54,938 bases of DNA from Candidatus Omnitrophota bacterium (GCA_016930485.1 JAFGGP010000017.1:1-54938), one strand, 5' to 3'; counted from the first letter of the stretch, positions 35,908 to 45,821 are shown. Numbers and translations are program-made. The notes: generated by a model not told the origin, from the sequence alone.

Positions 35908-36113
35908 ATCCTCCTCCTCTTTGAGCTTACATAAACGGGGGCAAAGGGGCCCAACGTGGAAATAGTATTATACTGGAATTGCGCAGAGATTGCAGTATTT
36001 TTAACAGGAAAAAAGGAAGGGTGCTAACATATTGTAACGCATGCTGTTAAATCAGCTCATCTCACAATAGACCTCTCCTGCGGATGGCTACCGGCTCACA
36101 CAGAAAGCCGTCG

Positions 36114-36659
36114 CTACTCCGTATATGTCATAACCTCCCCCAGAGAGGCGAAGTCCTTTGAAGAAACATGCATAAGGGGTTGCGCTGTCACAAGATCGAA
36201 CGCTTCGCCGTCAAAGAGTCCTTCGCGTACGCCGATGGCCGCGATCCTCCCTACTACAATCCAGTGATCCCCTGCCTGATATTCCGCCTCGAGCAGGCAC
36301 TCAAGGTTGGCAAGGCACTCTTTAATGCGCGGGGAACGCACCTTCTCAGAGGGAACCGCGGTCAGTCCGGCCTGTTCGATCTCGCTCACCCCTTCGGGAA
36401 ATGACTTCCCGCATATCCACGTCTCCCTGAGCAGGTCAACCGAAGGGATATTGACCACAAACTCCCCTGTCGCCCGGATATTCTTAAGGGTGTGCCGTGC
36501 CTCCACAGAGGCAAAGGCGATAAGCGGCGGATCTATCGAGACAGGCATAACGAAACTGAAGGGGGCCGCGTTAGATACCCCTTCTCGATTGACCGTTGAA
36601 ACCAGAATGGTCGCACGGGGTGCCAGAATCCGGTGCCACTTGGTAAGCAGTTTTTTCAT
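36114..36659 (-). CDS. Flavin reductase-like (flavoredoxin) protein
   Basis: NAAPFS, TLKNIRATGEFVVNI, GDH; start reassigned after a GGAGG RBS. Confidence 0.9.
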   Translation of the reverse strand: MKKLLTKWHRILAPRATILVSTVNREGVSNAAPFSFVMPVSIDPPLIAFASVEARHTLKNIRATGEFVVNIPSVDLLRETWICGKSFPEGVSEIEQAGLTAVPSEKVRSPRIKECLANLECLLEAEYQAGDHWIVVGRIAAIGVREGLFDGEAFDLVTAQPLMHVSSKDFASLGEVMTYTE

Positions 36660-36675
36660 AACCGCCCCTCCTTTC

Positions 36676-37053
36676 TCAGATATCGCGGTGAGAAACAATA
36701 TAGATAAGATGCGGGAGAATAATAACCGAAGAGGTAAAAAGTAACGTAAAGCGTATCCACGACTCACCTGCCAGGCGGGCAAGAAACAAATAAAACAGAG
36801 AAATCGCTACGGCTGATCCATCCAGATAAAGCGGTTCGTTGGCGCCCGGATAACAGCGCACTGTCCGCAGGAAAAGCCTTCCTGAAAAAAGAAGGGCGAT
36901 AATTCCGTATATCACATCAAGAGACGCACTGTAAACCATCATGACAACTTCGCACAGTACCACCAGAATGACCCAGTGACGTATATACCTCCACTGTCTC
37001 TCGGTAAGCGCGACCCGCCGGTCTTGTGTGACGTCTCCGCTCACAGTATGCAC
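36676..37053 (-). CDS. Hypothetical membrane protein
   Basis: Four hydrophobic segments; overlaps the upstream gene in the operon. Confidence 0.65.
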   Translation of the reverse strand: MHTVSGDVTQDRRVALTERQWRYIRHWVILVVLCEVVMMVYSASLDVIYGIIALLFSGRLFLRTVRCYPGANEPLYLDGSAVAISLFYLFLARLAGESWIRFTLLFTSSVIILPHLIYIVSHRDI

Positions 37054-37562
37054 TTTTTTAATGCCCGCCGCCTCCCCCGCCTTGGATAGGTACGCGCAAC
37101 GCCAACGGCAACCACAGCGGCCAGCTCAAGGTTCTTCGGCATATGAAGGAACGCACTCACCTTGTTTTTCCGGTTCACAATCTCGCCCAGCCAGCACCCG
37201 CCCAATCCCTTGGCATGGATCACAAGCAGCATATTCTGAATGGCGGCCCCGATCGCCATGCAATCCCTATCGCGGTTATAGCCGAGGTTGTGGTCTAGAA
37301 ATACCGCGATAACCGCATCGGCACCCTTAACAACCGATGCATAGTGCGTAAAGACGCCAATGGCATCCTTTTTCTCGCCTGCCAGTACCAGAAATTTCCA
37401 CGGCTGGTTATTTAAACCGGACGGTGCCCACCTGCCCGCCTCCAGAATATCCTCTATCACACCGGGGCGGAGGCGCGCCTTCCGGAACCGGCGCACCGAC
37501 CGTCTGTTCTGTATGGCCTCAATAACGGCCCTCTCATTTTTCTCCCCTACCTTACGCGCCAC
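37041..37562 (-). CDS. Nitroreductase family protein
   Basis: RRSVRRF, APSGLNNQPWKF, GLGGCW. Confidence 0.93.
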   Translation of the reverse strand: MARKVGEKNERAVIEAIQNRRSVRRFRKARLRPGVIEDILEAGRWAPSGLNNQPWKFLVLAGEKKDAIGVFTHYASVVKGADAVIAVFLDHNLGYNRDRDCMAIGAAIQNMLLVIHAKGLGGCWLGEIVNRKNKVSAFLHMPKNLELAAVVAVGVARTYPRRGRRRALKKCIL

Positions 37563-38128
37563 TCATACCCTCCGGTTGTCTTGTTGTAAACCTCGATAGG
37601 GGTCCCTCCCGGCACCTTCTCCTGCAGTTTCTGACTGTAAATCGACTGCACCTCCTGTACCGTAATGCCGTTTTTTTCGGCTATGGAACCATAGATGCTC
37701 ATCCTGTCCTGGTTTTCCTCCTGCACCACATTTTGTACCGCGGTACCGCCCTTGGCCCGGTCCCTTATCTCAAGGAGGCCGCGATGATTTTCCCCTATGA
37801 TCCCCTGTGCCCCCCAGGCAGTGATCTGGTTATAGCGCTCCCTGCGTCTGAGGGCCGCCTGTTCCACCTCCTGGCTCAGCTCGTCCTGGGCGTATGCGCT
37901 CTTTACGAACAAAGGAAGAAAACTGCTGTCATCGCCCGGCCCCGTCTTGGCGGGGTCTCCCGAAACCAGGTTTTCTATCGCATCAATATCCTGTATAACG
38001 TGTTGATAAATATCGAGCCGCATGGAGATATCGACCTTGATAGGCTCTTTCGGGGCCTCTACCTGAACACGGGCACACCCAAAATAAAACAGTACGGCAC
38101 AGACTACTATCACAAGAAACCGCTTCAT
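37547..38128 (-). CDS. YnbE-like lipoprotein fused to a YdbL/DUF1318-like domain
   Basis: Lipobox FGC; VEAPKEPIKVDISMRLDI; GENHRGLL, ENQDRMSIY. Confidence 0.75.
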   Translation of the reverse strand: MKRFLVIVVCAVLFYFGCARVQVEAPKEPIKVDISMRLDIYQHVIQDIDAIENLVSGDPAKTGPGDDSSFLPLFVKSAYAQDELSQEVEQAALRRRERYNQITAWGAQGIIGENHRGLLEIRDRAKGGTAVQNVVQEENQDRMSIYGSIAEKNGITVQEVQSIYSQKLQEKVPGGTPIEVYNKTTGGYEWRVR

Positions 38129-39309
38129 AATCCCTCCTTCTTAAAGATATTGTGGAACGTTAACTGTACATCCCTTTTTCCCTTTTCCCCGTCGAGGCCG
38201 ATCGTCGCAACTAACGCGTCCTTCTCTAACGATACATCCATGGCCCCGGCAGTAAAAGAGTAATCGGTAAATGCCGCCCGCACCAGATCAACCGATTGGC
38301 CCGTGCCGCGGGCAATGCGTTCTAAAAACTGTTCATCGGTCACATCAAGCACCCCGCCAGGCGCCTGAACAGTGCAGTGCCCTTTCACATCCTCCACGGC
38401 AGGGATCCTCCCCTCTGCCACCAGCACACCCGAGACAAGACCATCCATCCACAACCGTTTTTCAAGCTCTAATTCCCGGACGGCGTTCTCGAGATTCAGG
38501 TCTGTAAAGAAACCTCTGAGGGTAAAGGCCTTCTCGCCTGTCAGTGCGATAACCGCCCGCCCGCTCAAGTTGCCTCCAAAAAGGACTCCCCGGGTGATAT
38601 CCGCTGTAAGTTCGCCCTCTGAAAAGGCGAAAGAACCTGCAACCGTATCTATTGTAGCCTTCTGATAACCAATCTGTCTAACGGAAAACCTGTTCACCTC
38701 CTCCCCCGGATTCACCTCAAGGTATATATCCGTGTACGTAAAGGGGGCGTTTTTTAAGCTCGTAATCGTTGCCTGTAGAGAACGAAGGCCTGTTGTCTCA
38801 GGCCGCAGCTCACATGAGACCTCCCCGCTACAGGTAAGATCCTTTGTCTTAAGGAGCACAGAGACCCTGCTGCATACGACGGCCTGGATTGACACGCCAC
38901 CGGACGACGCCGCACTCTGTCGGACACCCTCTGCCGGTCCCACGAAGGGAAACTGGGCGAGCAGTTCCTGAGAGGGCCGGTTCGCTGCCTGAACACGAAT
39001 CACAGTATCCCCAAGGATGATTCCGGATATCCTTTTTTTCAATAACGAGAAAAGGTTATACTCTATCCTTATCTCCTTCACCTCGATGGTATAGAATGAC
39101 GTCTTCGTAATATAAATATCGGAGAAGAGGAGATATCGCCTCGGTGCAATCCGCAGGCCCCCTATCTGCGTGACGCTCCCCGGAAATAAACCTTCGATCC
39201 TGTCGCGGGCAGTTGCAAGCATAACGGGCCTGACCGAAACTATAAGACCGACAAGCACGCAAAACATAAAGGTAACAATGACGATACGGACTATAAAGGG
39301 CCTCTTCAT
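38125..39309 (-). CDS. YdbH/AsmA-like intermembrane bridge protein
   Basis: N-terminal TM, beta-rich body, C-terminal DYSF...LDGEKG; adjacent to the ynbE/ydbL-like gene. Confidence 0.65.
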   Translation of the reverse strand: MKRPFIVRIVIVTFMFCVLVGLIVSVRPVMLATARDRIEGLFPGSVTQIGGLRIAPRRYLLFSDIYITKTSFYTIEVKEIRIEYNLFSLLKKRISGIILGDTVIRVQAANRPSQELLAQFPFVGPAEGVRQSAASSGGVSIQAVVCSRVSVLLKTKDLTCSGEVSCELRPETTGLRSLQATITSLKNAPFTYTDIYLEVNPGEEVNRFSVRQIGYQKATIDTVAGSFAFSEGELTADITRGVLFGGNLSGRAVIALTGEKAFTLRGFFTDLNLENAVRELELEKRLWMDGLVSGVLVAEGRIPAVEDVKGHCTVQAPGGVLDVTDEQFLERIARGTGQSVDLVRAAFTDYSFTAGAMDVSLEKDALVATIGLDGEKGKRDVQLTFHNIFKKEGL

Positions 39310-39728
39310 CTTTTTGACACGTGACTCTTTTTAAAAAAAAGCCAGTTTGCGTCCTCGCTTTTTTTGGGCTTCATTTTAATAAGGCAGTACACGCCTTTTA
39401 GCCTTTTCCCCTCCAGATCAATCACCAGTTCGCCGGGTGAATCGGCAATCGGAAGATACGTCCCGCTGTCCCAGATGGTGACTGTCCCGGCACCGTACGA
39501 ACCCTCGGGGATCGTGCCTTCAAACTGCGCGTACGACAACTCGTGATCCGCCACCTGAATGGCCAACCTCTTAATACCCGGGACGCGCGGCGGCTCCTTG
39601 GGAATGGCCCAGCTTTTTAAAACAGCGTCTTTTTCGATACGGAAGTCATAGTGCAGGTGGGATGCCTGGTGTCTCTGGACAACAAATATGGGGTTTTTAG
39701 GTAAGAATGACATGCACGAAATATTCAC
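39306..39728 (-). CDS. Stand-alone LigD 3'-phosphoesterase domain protein
   Basis: FVVQRHQASHLHYDFR, SWAIPK, DHELSY, YGAGTV.IWD.G. Confidence 0.92.
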   Translation of the reverse strand: MNISCMSFLPKNPIFVVQRHQASHLHYDFRIEKDAVLKSWAIPKEPPRVPGIKRLAIQVADHELSYAQFEGTIPEGSYGAGTVTIWDSGTYLPIADSPGELVIDLEGKRLKGVYCLIKMKPKKSEDANWLFFKKSHVSKR

Positions 39729-39766
39729 TCCTTTTACTGCCGGCGTACACCGGTGGCCTGAGGGGG

Positions 39767-40210
39767 CTACGAAAGCCTTTTTTTGACCAGGGCGCTCACG
39801 GTCTGTGCCTCCGCACTGACGCCGACGCGGCCAAGCACCTCCTTCATGACCCTGCCCATATCCTTCATGGAGGAGGCACCGAGCTGGGCGATCGCCTCCT
39901 CGATAACGGCAACCAGTTCCTGTTCCTCAAGAAGCCGGGGCAGATACCCCTCAAGGATAGCCAGTTCCCTGTCGGTCTTCTCCAGCATATCGGTCCTCCC
40001 GGAGGGGACGATGCTCTGGCGGGCATCCTGAAGCTGCCTTTTTTGTTTGGCAAGGACGCCCAGGGTCTCCGCGTCGTCCAACCTCTGTGTCTTAAGCTCG
40101 ATAGCCCGGTTTTTGAGGGCGCCACGGATAAAACTCAGGAAATCGGCCTTTGGCCGGTCTTTCTGCTTCAGGGCATTGACGTAATCTTGGTAAATGTGTT
40201 CTTCTAACAT
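39767..40210 (-). CDS. GatB/YqeY domain protein
   Basis: ELAILEGYLP, MKDMGRVM. Confidence 0.92.
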   Translation of the reverse strand: MLEEHIYQDYVNALKQKDRPKADFLSFIRGALKNRAIELKTQRLDDAETLGVLAKQKRQLQDARQSIVPSGRTDMLEKTDRELAILEGYLPRLLEEQELVAVIEEAIAQLGASSMKDMGRVMKEVLGRVGVSAEAQTVSALVKKRLS

Positions 40211-40236
40211 ATCCTGTTCCTTGTCATAAGGTTCTG

Positions 40237-41097
40237 TTACAGGGCCTGCAGGCGGCGCTTAAATTCTTTCCAGGGAAAGTTTGTGCCGGGACACTCTGTG
40301 TGGGCACCGTTCACCTGACCGTGACCCATAATATTACTCAGGGGAATACCGTAATACTTTCTCAGTTTATCCACGAGATAGAGCAGGGCATGCATCTGTT
40401 TTTCCGAGAGCCGTTCCTTGCTGAAATTTCCCACCAGACAGATGCCGATACCATTATAATTCATGCCCCCTGCCTTGCAGTGAGCCCCGTCCTGCTGCTT
40501 GAGCCAGCGGGGAGAAACCTCGATATTGCCGGCCGGTTTGCCCTTTGTCCCGTTGTCGATCACAAAATGATATCCCAGCCCCTGGTTAAAACCGCGCTTG
40601 AAGTGCGCAAAATGAAAACCGAGAGCGCTGCCCTCGTCGGTCGCGCTGTGATGAATAATAATATACTTCCACTTCCTGGAGGGATAGAGCGGAATCACGG
40701 GTGTCATCGGCGCCGCATTGGGGATACGCAGGCGCTGGCCCATTGTCAGTTCATCGGGGTTGCCCAGCCGGTTGGCGCACGTAATAGTATCCATCGGTAC
40801 ATCATACATCTTGCTTAAACGCCACAGCGTCTCACCCGGGGCAACGATATGGTAGACGTCATGGCGCGCGCCGTAGGTAATCTCGGGGGAAATCAGGAGC
40901 GGCTGCTGGTCCAGAACCGGGGGCTCTGACACCTGAACCTCAGCCGTCTGGGAAGGGACCTCTAACGGCGGCGGACCGGTGGTGTAGATCGGTGCCGTTG
41001 CGCAGGCATCGAGGGATAGTGCACACACAACACTGAGACCCGCATACCACAGTCGCCGTGACTTAAGAGCCACTAAAGTGTTTTGTAATATATTCAT
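40237..41097 (-). CDS. LysM + N-acetylmuramoyl-L-alanine amidase (Amidase_2) lipoprotein
   Basis: Lipobox LDAC; LysM (GETLWRLS..Y); IIIHHSAT, GYHFVI, GHGQV..TECPG; start after AGGAG. Confidence 0.9.
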   Translation of the reverse strand: MNILQNTLVALKSRRLWYAGLSVVCALSLDACATAPIYTTGPPPLEVPSQTAEVQVSEPPVLDQQPLLISPEITYGARHDVYHIVAPGETLWRLSKMYDVPMDTITCANRLGNPDELTMGQRLRIPNAAPMTPVIPLYPSRKWKYIIIHHSATDEGSALGFHFAHFKRGFNQGLGYHFVIDNGTKGKPAGNIEVSPRWLKQQDGAHCKAGGMNYNGIGICLVGNFSKERLSEKQMHALLYLVDKLRKYYGIPLSNIMGHGQVNGAHTECPGTNFPWKEFKRRLQAL

Positions 41098-41677
41098 TGA
41101 GAACTCCTGTTGCCTCGTCCCTGCACTGGCCACACACCGTGCCCAGCTTTGTCCTTTCCTGGAGCTCATAGTATGTCCTCGCCCCCTCGAGCACCGCCTG
41201 CTCTATCTCGAGATCGGTCACGTTCATGCACTGACATACCAGGCGCGCCTTTTTGGTCTTTACCCGTTCGGCCATACCGTTCTTTACATAGTAGTCATCG
41301 ATAGCCGCCCTCAGCGCCTTATCCCCCAACACAGAGCAGTGTATTTTATGCTCTGGCAGTCCGCCCAGCCGGCCGGCAATATCCTTCGGTGAAAGCCGGT
41401 ACGCCTCTGTAAGCGGCATACCCTTGACCATCTCGGAGAGAATTGAGGTACTGGCGATGGCGCTGGCGCAGCCGTAGGTGCGCCACCTGCTCTCAAGAAT
41501 GGTCTCCTTTTGCCTGTCTACCTTGATAAAAAACTCCATCTGATCGCCGCACTTTATATTACCTACCGTGCCCCTTCCGTCAGCCTGAAAGGCATCCTCA
41601 TCCCGCAGGATATTGCGGGGATTCATAAAATGATCCTTCACCCTGTCCGTATATGCCCATCCGGGCTGTTCGTTCAT
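41063..41677 (-). CDS. nifU: IscU/NifU Fe-S scaffold with C-terminal BFD-like [2Fe-2S] domain
   Basis: CGD, GCASAIAS, HCS; CQC...CGQC. Confidence 0.9.
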   Translation of the reverse strand: MNEQPGWAYTDRVKDHFMNPRNILRDEDAFQADGRGTVGNIKCGDQMEFFIKVDRQKETILESRWRTYGCASAIASTSILSEMVKGMPLTEAYRLSPKDIAGRLGGLPEHKIHCSVLGDKALRAAIDDYYVKNGMAERVKTKKARLVCQCMNVTDLEIEQAVLEGARTYYELQERTKLGTVCGQCRDEATGVLNEYITKHFSGS

Positions 41678-42867
41678 GCCGCTTCCTTTTTTGTATAGCC
41701 GGTTGACATATCCCTGATCTTTTGTATCACTCCGGGCATCACGTCGATGACATATTCGATATCCTTCATCGTGGTGTCGCGCCCCAGGCTCAGTCGCACC
41801 GAACCATGTGCGGCCTCGGCAGAGACGCCTGTCGCCAGAAGTACGTGCGAGGGGTCCAGCGAACCAGAGGCACAGGCAGAACCGGTTGAAACGGCAATAC
41901 CCTCCAGGTCCAGATATAATAAAATCGCCTCACCCTCGGCCCCGTCACACGAGACATTGACCGTATTGGGAAGACAGTCGGTCGGATGTCCGTTAAAGGT
42001 AATATCGGGGATGCGTTCTTCGATCCCCTTTATCAGGGTCGCCCGCAACGCCTTAAGCCGCTTCCTTTCTTCATCCATCTCTCTCAGACGCATCTCGACG
42101 GCCTTGCCCAGGCCGATGATGCCGAGCGTATTCTCTGTGCCAGCACGCCTGCCCCTCTCCTGGTGTCCGCCGCGAATAAGGGGACAGAACGAGATGCCCT
42201 TCTTCACATAGAGCGCGCCGATTCCCTTCGGACCGTACATCTTGTGGCCGGAGAGTGTCAAAAAATCCACGTCAAGCTTCCTGACGTCAACCGGAATTCT
42301 GCCGACGGCCTGAACCGCGTCGGTGTGAAAAAGCGCACCGAGCCGGTGGGTAATCCGGGCCGCTTCTTTAATGTCCTGAATGGTCCCGATTTCATTATTG
42401 GCGGTCATCACCGAGACGAGCCCGGTCGTATCCGTTATCTTCGCTGCAAGGTCCTCCAGATCGATTTTTCCATACCTATCGACACCGAGATAGGAAACGT
42501 TAACCCCTCTGTCGCCGAGGCACCTGGCAGTCTCTAAAATACACGGGTGTTCAATGGCAGTCGTGAGAATATCCTTCGCCCCCTGACGGTGACACATACA
42601 GTGACCGGATGGACAGGCAAAGATGGAGAGTACCGTGTTATTGGCCTCTGAACCGCTCCCCACAAAGATAATCTCATCGGCGGTAGCATTGAGAAAAGCG
42701 GCGACCTCCTCCCGGGCCTCCTCCACACGCCTCCGCGCCTCCCTGCCGAACCCGTGCAGGCTCGAGGGGTTCCCGAAGAGCTCCATCGCCTCTGTTAGGG
42801 TCTTTTTTACCTCGGGATGGAGCGGGGTTGTCGCATTATAATCGAGGTATATCTGTCGCCGGCCCAT
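41674..42867 (-). CDS. nifS: Cysteine desulfurase
   Basis: YLDYNATT, HTDAVQ, SGHKMYGPKG, TGSACASG. Confidence 0.93.
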   Translation of the reverse strand: MGRRQIYLDYNATTPLHPEVKKTLTEAMELFGNPSSLHGFGREARRRVEEAREEVAAFLNATADEIIFVGSGSEANNTVLSIFACPSGHCMCHRQGAKDILTTAIEHPCILETARCLGDRGVNVSYLGVDRYGKIDLEDLAAKITDTTGLVSVMTANNEIGTIQDIKEAARITHRLGALFHTDAVQAVGRIPVDVRKLDVDFLTLSGHKMYGPKGIGALYVKKGISFCPLIRGGHQERGRRAGTENTLGIIGLGKAVEMRLREMDEERKRLKALRATLIKGIEERIPDITFNGHPTDCLPNTVNVSCDGAEGEAILLYLDLEGIAVSTGSACASGSLDPSHVLLATGVSAEAAHGSVRLSLGRDTTMKDIEYVIDVMPGVIQKIRDMSTGYTKKEAA

Positions 42868-42895
42868 AGGCGCCTCTTTCTTTTAAGCAGCCTTA

Positions 42896-43014
42896 TTTAC
42901 CCCGTTAGACCTAGAAAGCCCCGCTTTTCAGGGTGGGGAAATGAATGCGTTGTTACATGGCAATCAAACAAGAAAACTCCGGTCTTTATTAGGCCGGGGG
43001 GGTAACGGGGTTCA
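42896..43014. mobile_element. Palindromic MITE-like element, copy 1 (overlaps the mscS 3' end)
   Basis: TTTACCCCGTTA...TAACGGGGTTCA termini. Confidence 0.65.
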
Positions 43015-44053
43015 TATATAACGTCTGTGTCGGATAGGCAAACTCTATGCCATGTTCGCGAAACGCCTCAAAAATACCGAGATTGATCTTTTCCTGAATA
43101 TCCATATAGGTATTATAGTCCGGCCCGATAACGTAATAGACCACCTCAAAAATAAGACTGAAATCACCGTATGAAAAGAAGTGGGCCCGGTCAAAGACCG
43201 TATTGTCCACGCCCCTGATAATCTCCTTGATGATGCCGGGGATCTCCTTTATCTTTTCGAGCGGGGTTTGATACACAACACCGAGGCGGAACAGAACGCG
43301 GCGTTGTTCCATTCGCTTATAATTCCGAATGCGCGAATTGGTAAGGTCGGTATTGGAAAAGACAAGCTGCTCGCCTCCCAGTGAACGTATCCGGGTAGTC
43401 TTGATGCCGATGTGCTCTACGGCACCGAGATAATCACCGATAATGATGAAGTCGCCGATCTCAAAGGGGCGGTCGAAGAGAATGGCGAAATAACTGAAGA
43501 GATCCCCCAGAATTGCCTGGGCGGCCAGCGCGACCGCGACGCCGCCGATGCCCAGACCGGCAATAACCGCCGAGATCTGGAATCCCAGGTTATCAAGAAA
43601 AAAGATAACGGCAAGCGCCCAAATCAGAGCCTTCAGTACCCGCAGGATACCGTTGAGGCTCTTCTCAAGCACAAGGTCACTCCCCTGTCTCTTCCAATAG
43701 AGGCTAAAACCATAGGTCAGAAAAATAGTCACAAACCGCGCGGTAAAGATGGTCAGGAGCGCCATGCCGGTAATGTCGACGGCCTTTTTTATCTGCGGCC
43801 CAAGGGTAAGCACCGAGACACTGAAATAAAAAAGCCCGATAAAGGCGAGAGGAAACACGATGCGCTGTATAAGGTCGGCAAGGAAGTCGTCCAGACTCGT
43901 CGCGGTCCTGCTCGCCCATTCCTTTAGGCGGCGCAAGACGACAAACTCAATGATTTTAAGCAGGATAAAACCGGCTATCAGGATTCCCGCCGCTATCAGA
44001 TAATCGACGATGCGGTTACCCCAGATCATCTGTGTTGCAATCTGTTCCATCAT
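42989..44053 (-). CDS. mscS: MscS-family mechanosensitive channel
   Basis: GLGIGGVAVALAAQ, DRPFEIGDFI, IGIKTTRIRSL, FAYPTQT. Confidence 0.93.
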   Translation of the reverse strand: MMEQIATQMIWGNRIVDYLIAAGILIAGFILLKIIEFVVLRRLKEWASRTATSLDDFLADLIQRIVFPLAFIGLFYFSVSVLTLGPQIKKAVDITGMALLTIFTARFVTIFLTYGFSLYWKRQGSDLVLEKSLNGILRVLKALIWALAVIFFLDNLGFQISAVIAGLGIGGVAVALAAQAILGDLFSYFAILFDRPFEIGDFIIIGDYLGAVEHIGIKTTRIRSLGGEQLVFSNTDLTNSRIRNYKRMEQRRVLFRLGVVYQTPLEKIKEIPGIIKEIIRGVDNTVFDRAHFFSYGDFSLIFEVVYYVIGPDYNTYMDIQEKINLGIFEAFREHGIEFAYPTQTLYMNPVTPPA

Positions 44054-44148
44054 GATCCGTCTCCCTGTTATTGAGTAAAAACCGTCTCCTGTAATAGAAT
44101 GAAAGCCCTTCTGCGCAGGGAAAAAATATTATAGTATATTTGAGGAAA

Positions 44149-45210
44149 CTATTCCATCTTTTTGCAGCACGTCTGCCGGCACCCGGTAAGGCGAAATTGT
44201 TCGATCAGATCCATCATCTCACTCTCATTTTTCGCATACTTTACCGCTGACCTGAGCGAACGGACATGCGAAAACCCGCGGGTATACCATATATAAAATT
44301 TGCGGAAACGCACTACGCCTCTTGCCGCTCCATAAAATGCAAGACAAGAGCGGAAATGTTCCTTGAGTACGCCAACGACTTCTTCTATATCCGGAAGAGC
44401 CGGTTCGGCACTGCCCTCCAAGACAGCGTGTATCTGGGTAAAAATCCAGGGATTGCCCCAGGCACCCCGGGCAACCATCACCGCGTCACAGCCGGTCTCA
44501 TCAAACATTTTCTTCGCCATCTGCGCACTAAAGATATCGCCGCTGGCGATAACCGGGACCGCCACCGCGCCCTTTACCGTCTTAATAGCCCGGTAATCAA
44601 CCCTTCCCCGGAACCCCTGAACCGCTGTCCTGCCATGCACCGTTATGGCGCTTATCCCGGTATCCTCCAGAGAGCGGACAAGGTCGCCGAGGCCCTCGGG
44701 CGAATCCCAGCCTGAGCGGATTTTGACCGTCACCGGAACGTGCGAGTGCCGCACCAAAAGTCTCAATAACTCCCGTAGCCTCCCGGGTTCCTTTAACAAA
44801 TCGGCCCCCTCGCCGCGGGCAAGCACCTTTTTTTTAGGACAGCCGGCGTTAAAGTCAAGCATATCGAACGGGTACTCCTTAAGCCGTTCCAGCGCCTTAA
44901 GGAGAAAGCGGGGCTCGCTCCCCAACAGCTGTATGCCGAGCGGGCGGTCCCTGTCGTCGGTGCGGAGCATCTCCCTCGTCTGTCTGCTCAGGTAGCTGAG
45001 CGAGCGTGCGTTTATCATCTCCAGAAAAGCGCATCCACAGCCATAGGAGCGGTTGATCACCCGGAACGGAAGAGAGGTGATGCCTGCCATGGGGGCAAGT
45101 ATACAGCGAGAAGAAAGGCGTACATTGCCAAGGGTTAACCCCGTTAAAGAGACTCTATATGATGACGATTCCGGATTATTATTGGAAAACTTCTCTAGTG
45201 GGGTAAACAT
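44149..45210 (-). CDS. dusB: tRNA-dihydrouridine synthase DusB-like
   Basis: LAPMAGIT, NAGCP, TVKIRSGW, VHGRT, ARGAWGNPW; start uncertain (ATG 45210 chosen). Confidence 0.9.
   Translation of the reverse strand: MFTPLEKFSNNNPESSSYRVSLTGLTLGNVRLSSRCILAPMAGITSLPFRVINRSYGCGCAFLEMINARSLSYLSRQTREMLRTDDRDRPLGIQLLGSEPRFLLKALERLKEYPFDMLDFNAGCPKKKVLARGEGADLLKEPGRLRELLRLLVRHSHVPVTVKIRSGWDSPEGLGDLVRSLEDTGISAITVHGRTAVQGFRGRVDYRAIKTVKGAVAVPVIASGDIFSAQMAKKMFDETGCDAVMVARGAWGNPWIFTQIHAVLEGSAEPALPDIEEVVGVLKEHFRSCLAFYGAARGVVRFRKFYIWYTRGFSHVRSLRSAVKYAKNESEMMDLIEQFRLTGCRQTCCKKME
45135..45207. mobile_element. Palindromic MITE-like element, copy 2 (in frame in the dusB 5' end)
   Basis: TTAACCCCGTTAAAGA...TCTCTAGTGGGGTAAA. 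Confidence 0.65.
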
Positions 45211-45341
45211 GAGTGTTGTAGTGTGGCATTTGAGATTTGAAATTGGTCGTTCTGGTTCCTCCAGGTTAGGGGCTATTGTATAGAGAAATGGTAGGTGTGT
45301 CAACCACTGCAATACGCGGGTAGAGTGTCGGCGGGAAGGTG

Positions 45342-45812
45342 TTAAAAACGGTTCTCCTCTATCTCTCCGGTAGAGGTATTAGCCCAGACCTGACCGGCAT
45401 CTGCCTTGCCGGGGCCCGAGGCCTGCGGCCTATAGGCCCAGCCCCCTGATGAACCGATCACCGTTCCCTGTGGCTCTGTCGTGGCTAAAACAACGTTCTG
45501 GGCATTGCCGTCATAATCAAAGGGATTGACCGGCAGGAGACCGTCCATCGTAATGTGACTCCCGCCCCCCTCTTCTGAAAATTCCTCAAGGGTCGGAAAA
45601 CGAGCGCTGCCATTGGCGGCCTGGGCCGCATAAAAATCCCACACGCCTTGCCTCATAACCCCGAGGCTGCTCTTCACCATCGCTGCCCGGGCGCTCATAA
45701 TCAGATCCTGCAATTTAATGATGGCATAGACACTCAAGATGCTGACAAGAATCATGACAATGACCACTTCCATCAAACTTTTTCCCTGTTGTAATCTTCT
45801 TATGCTTTTCAT
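45342..45812 (-). CDS. Type IV pilin / T2SS pseudopilin-like protein
   Basis: Basic leader, G|KSLMEVVIVMILVSIL, FPTL, LPVNPF, GGWAY. Confidence 0.8.
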   Translation of the reverse strand: MKSIRRLQQGKSLMEVVIVMILVSILSVYAIIKLQDLIMSARAAMVKSSLGVMRQGVWDFYAAQAANGSARFPTLEEFSEEGGGSHITMDGLLPVNPFDYDGNAQNVVLATTEPQGTVIGSSGGWAYRPQASGPGKADAGQVWANTSTGEIEENRF

Positions 45813-45821
45813 AACAGGCAC

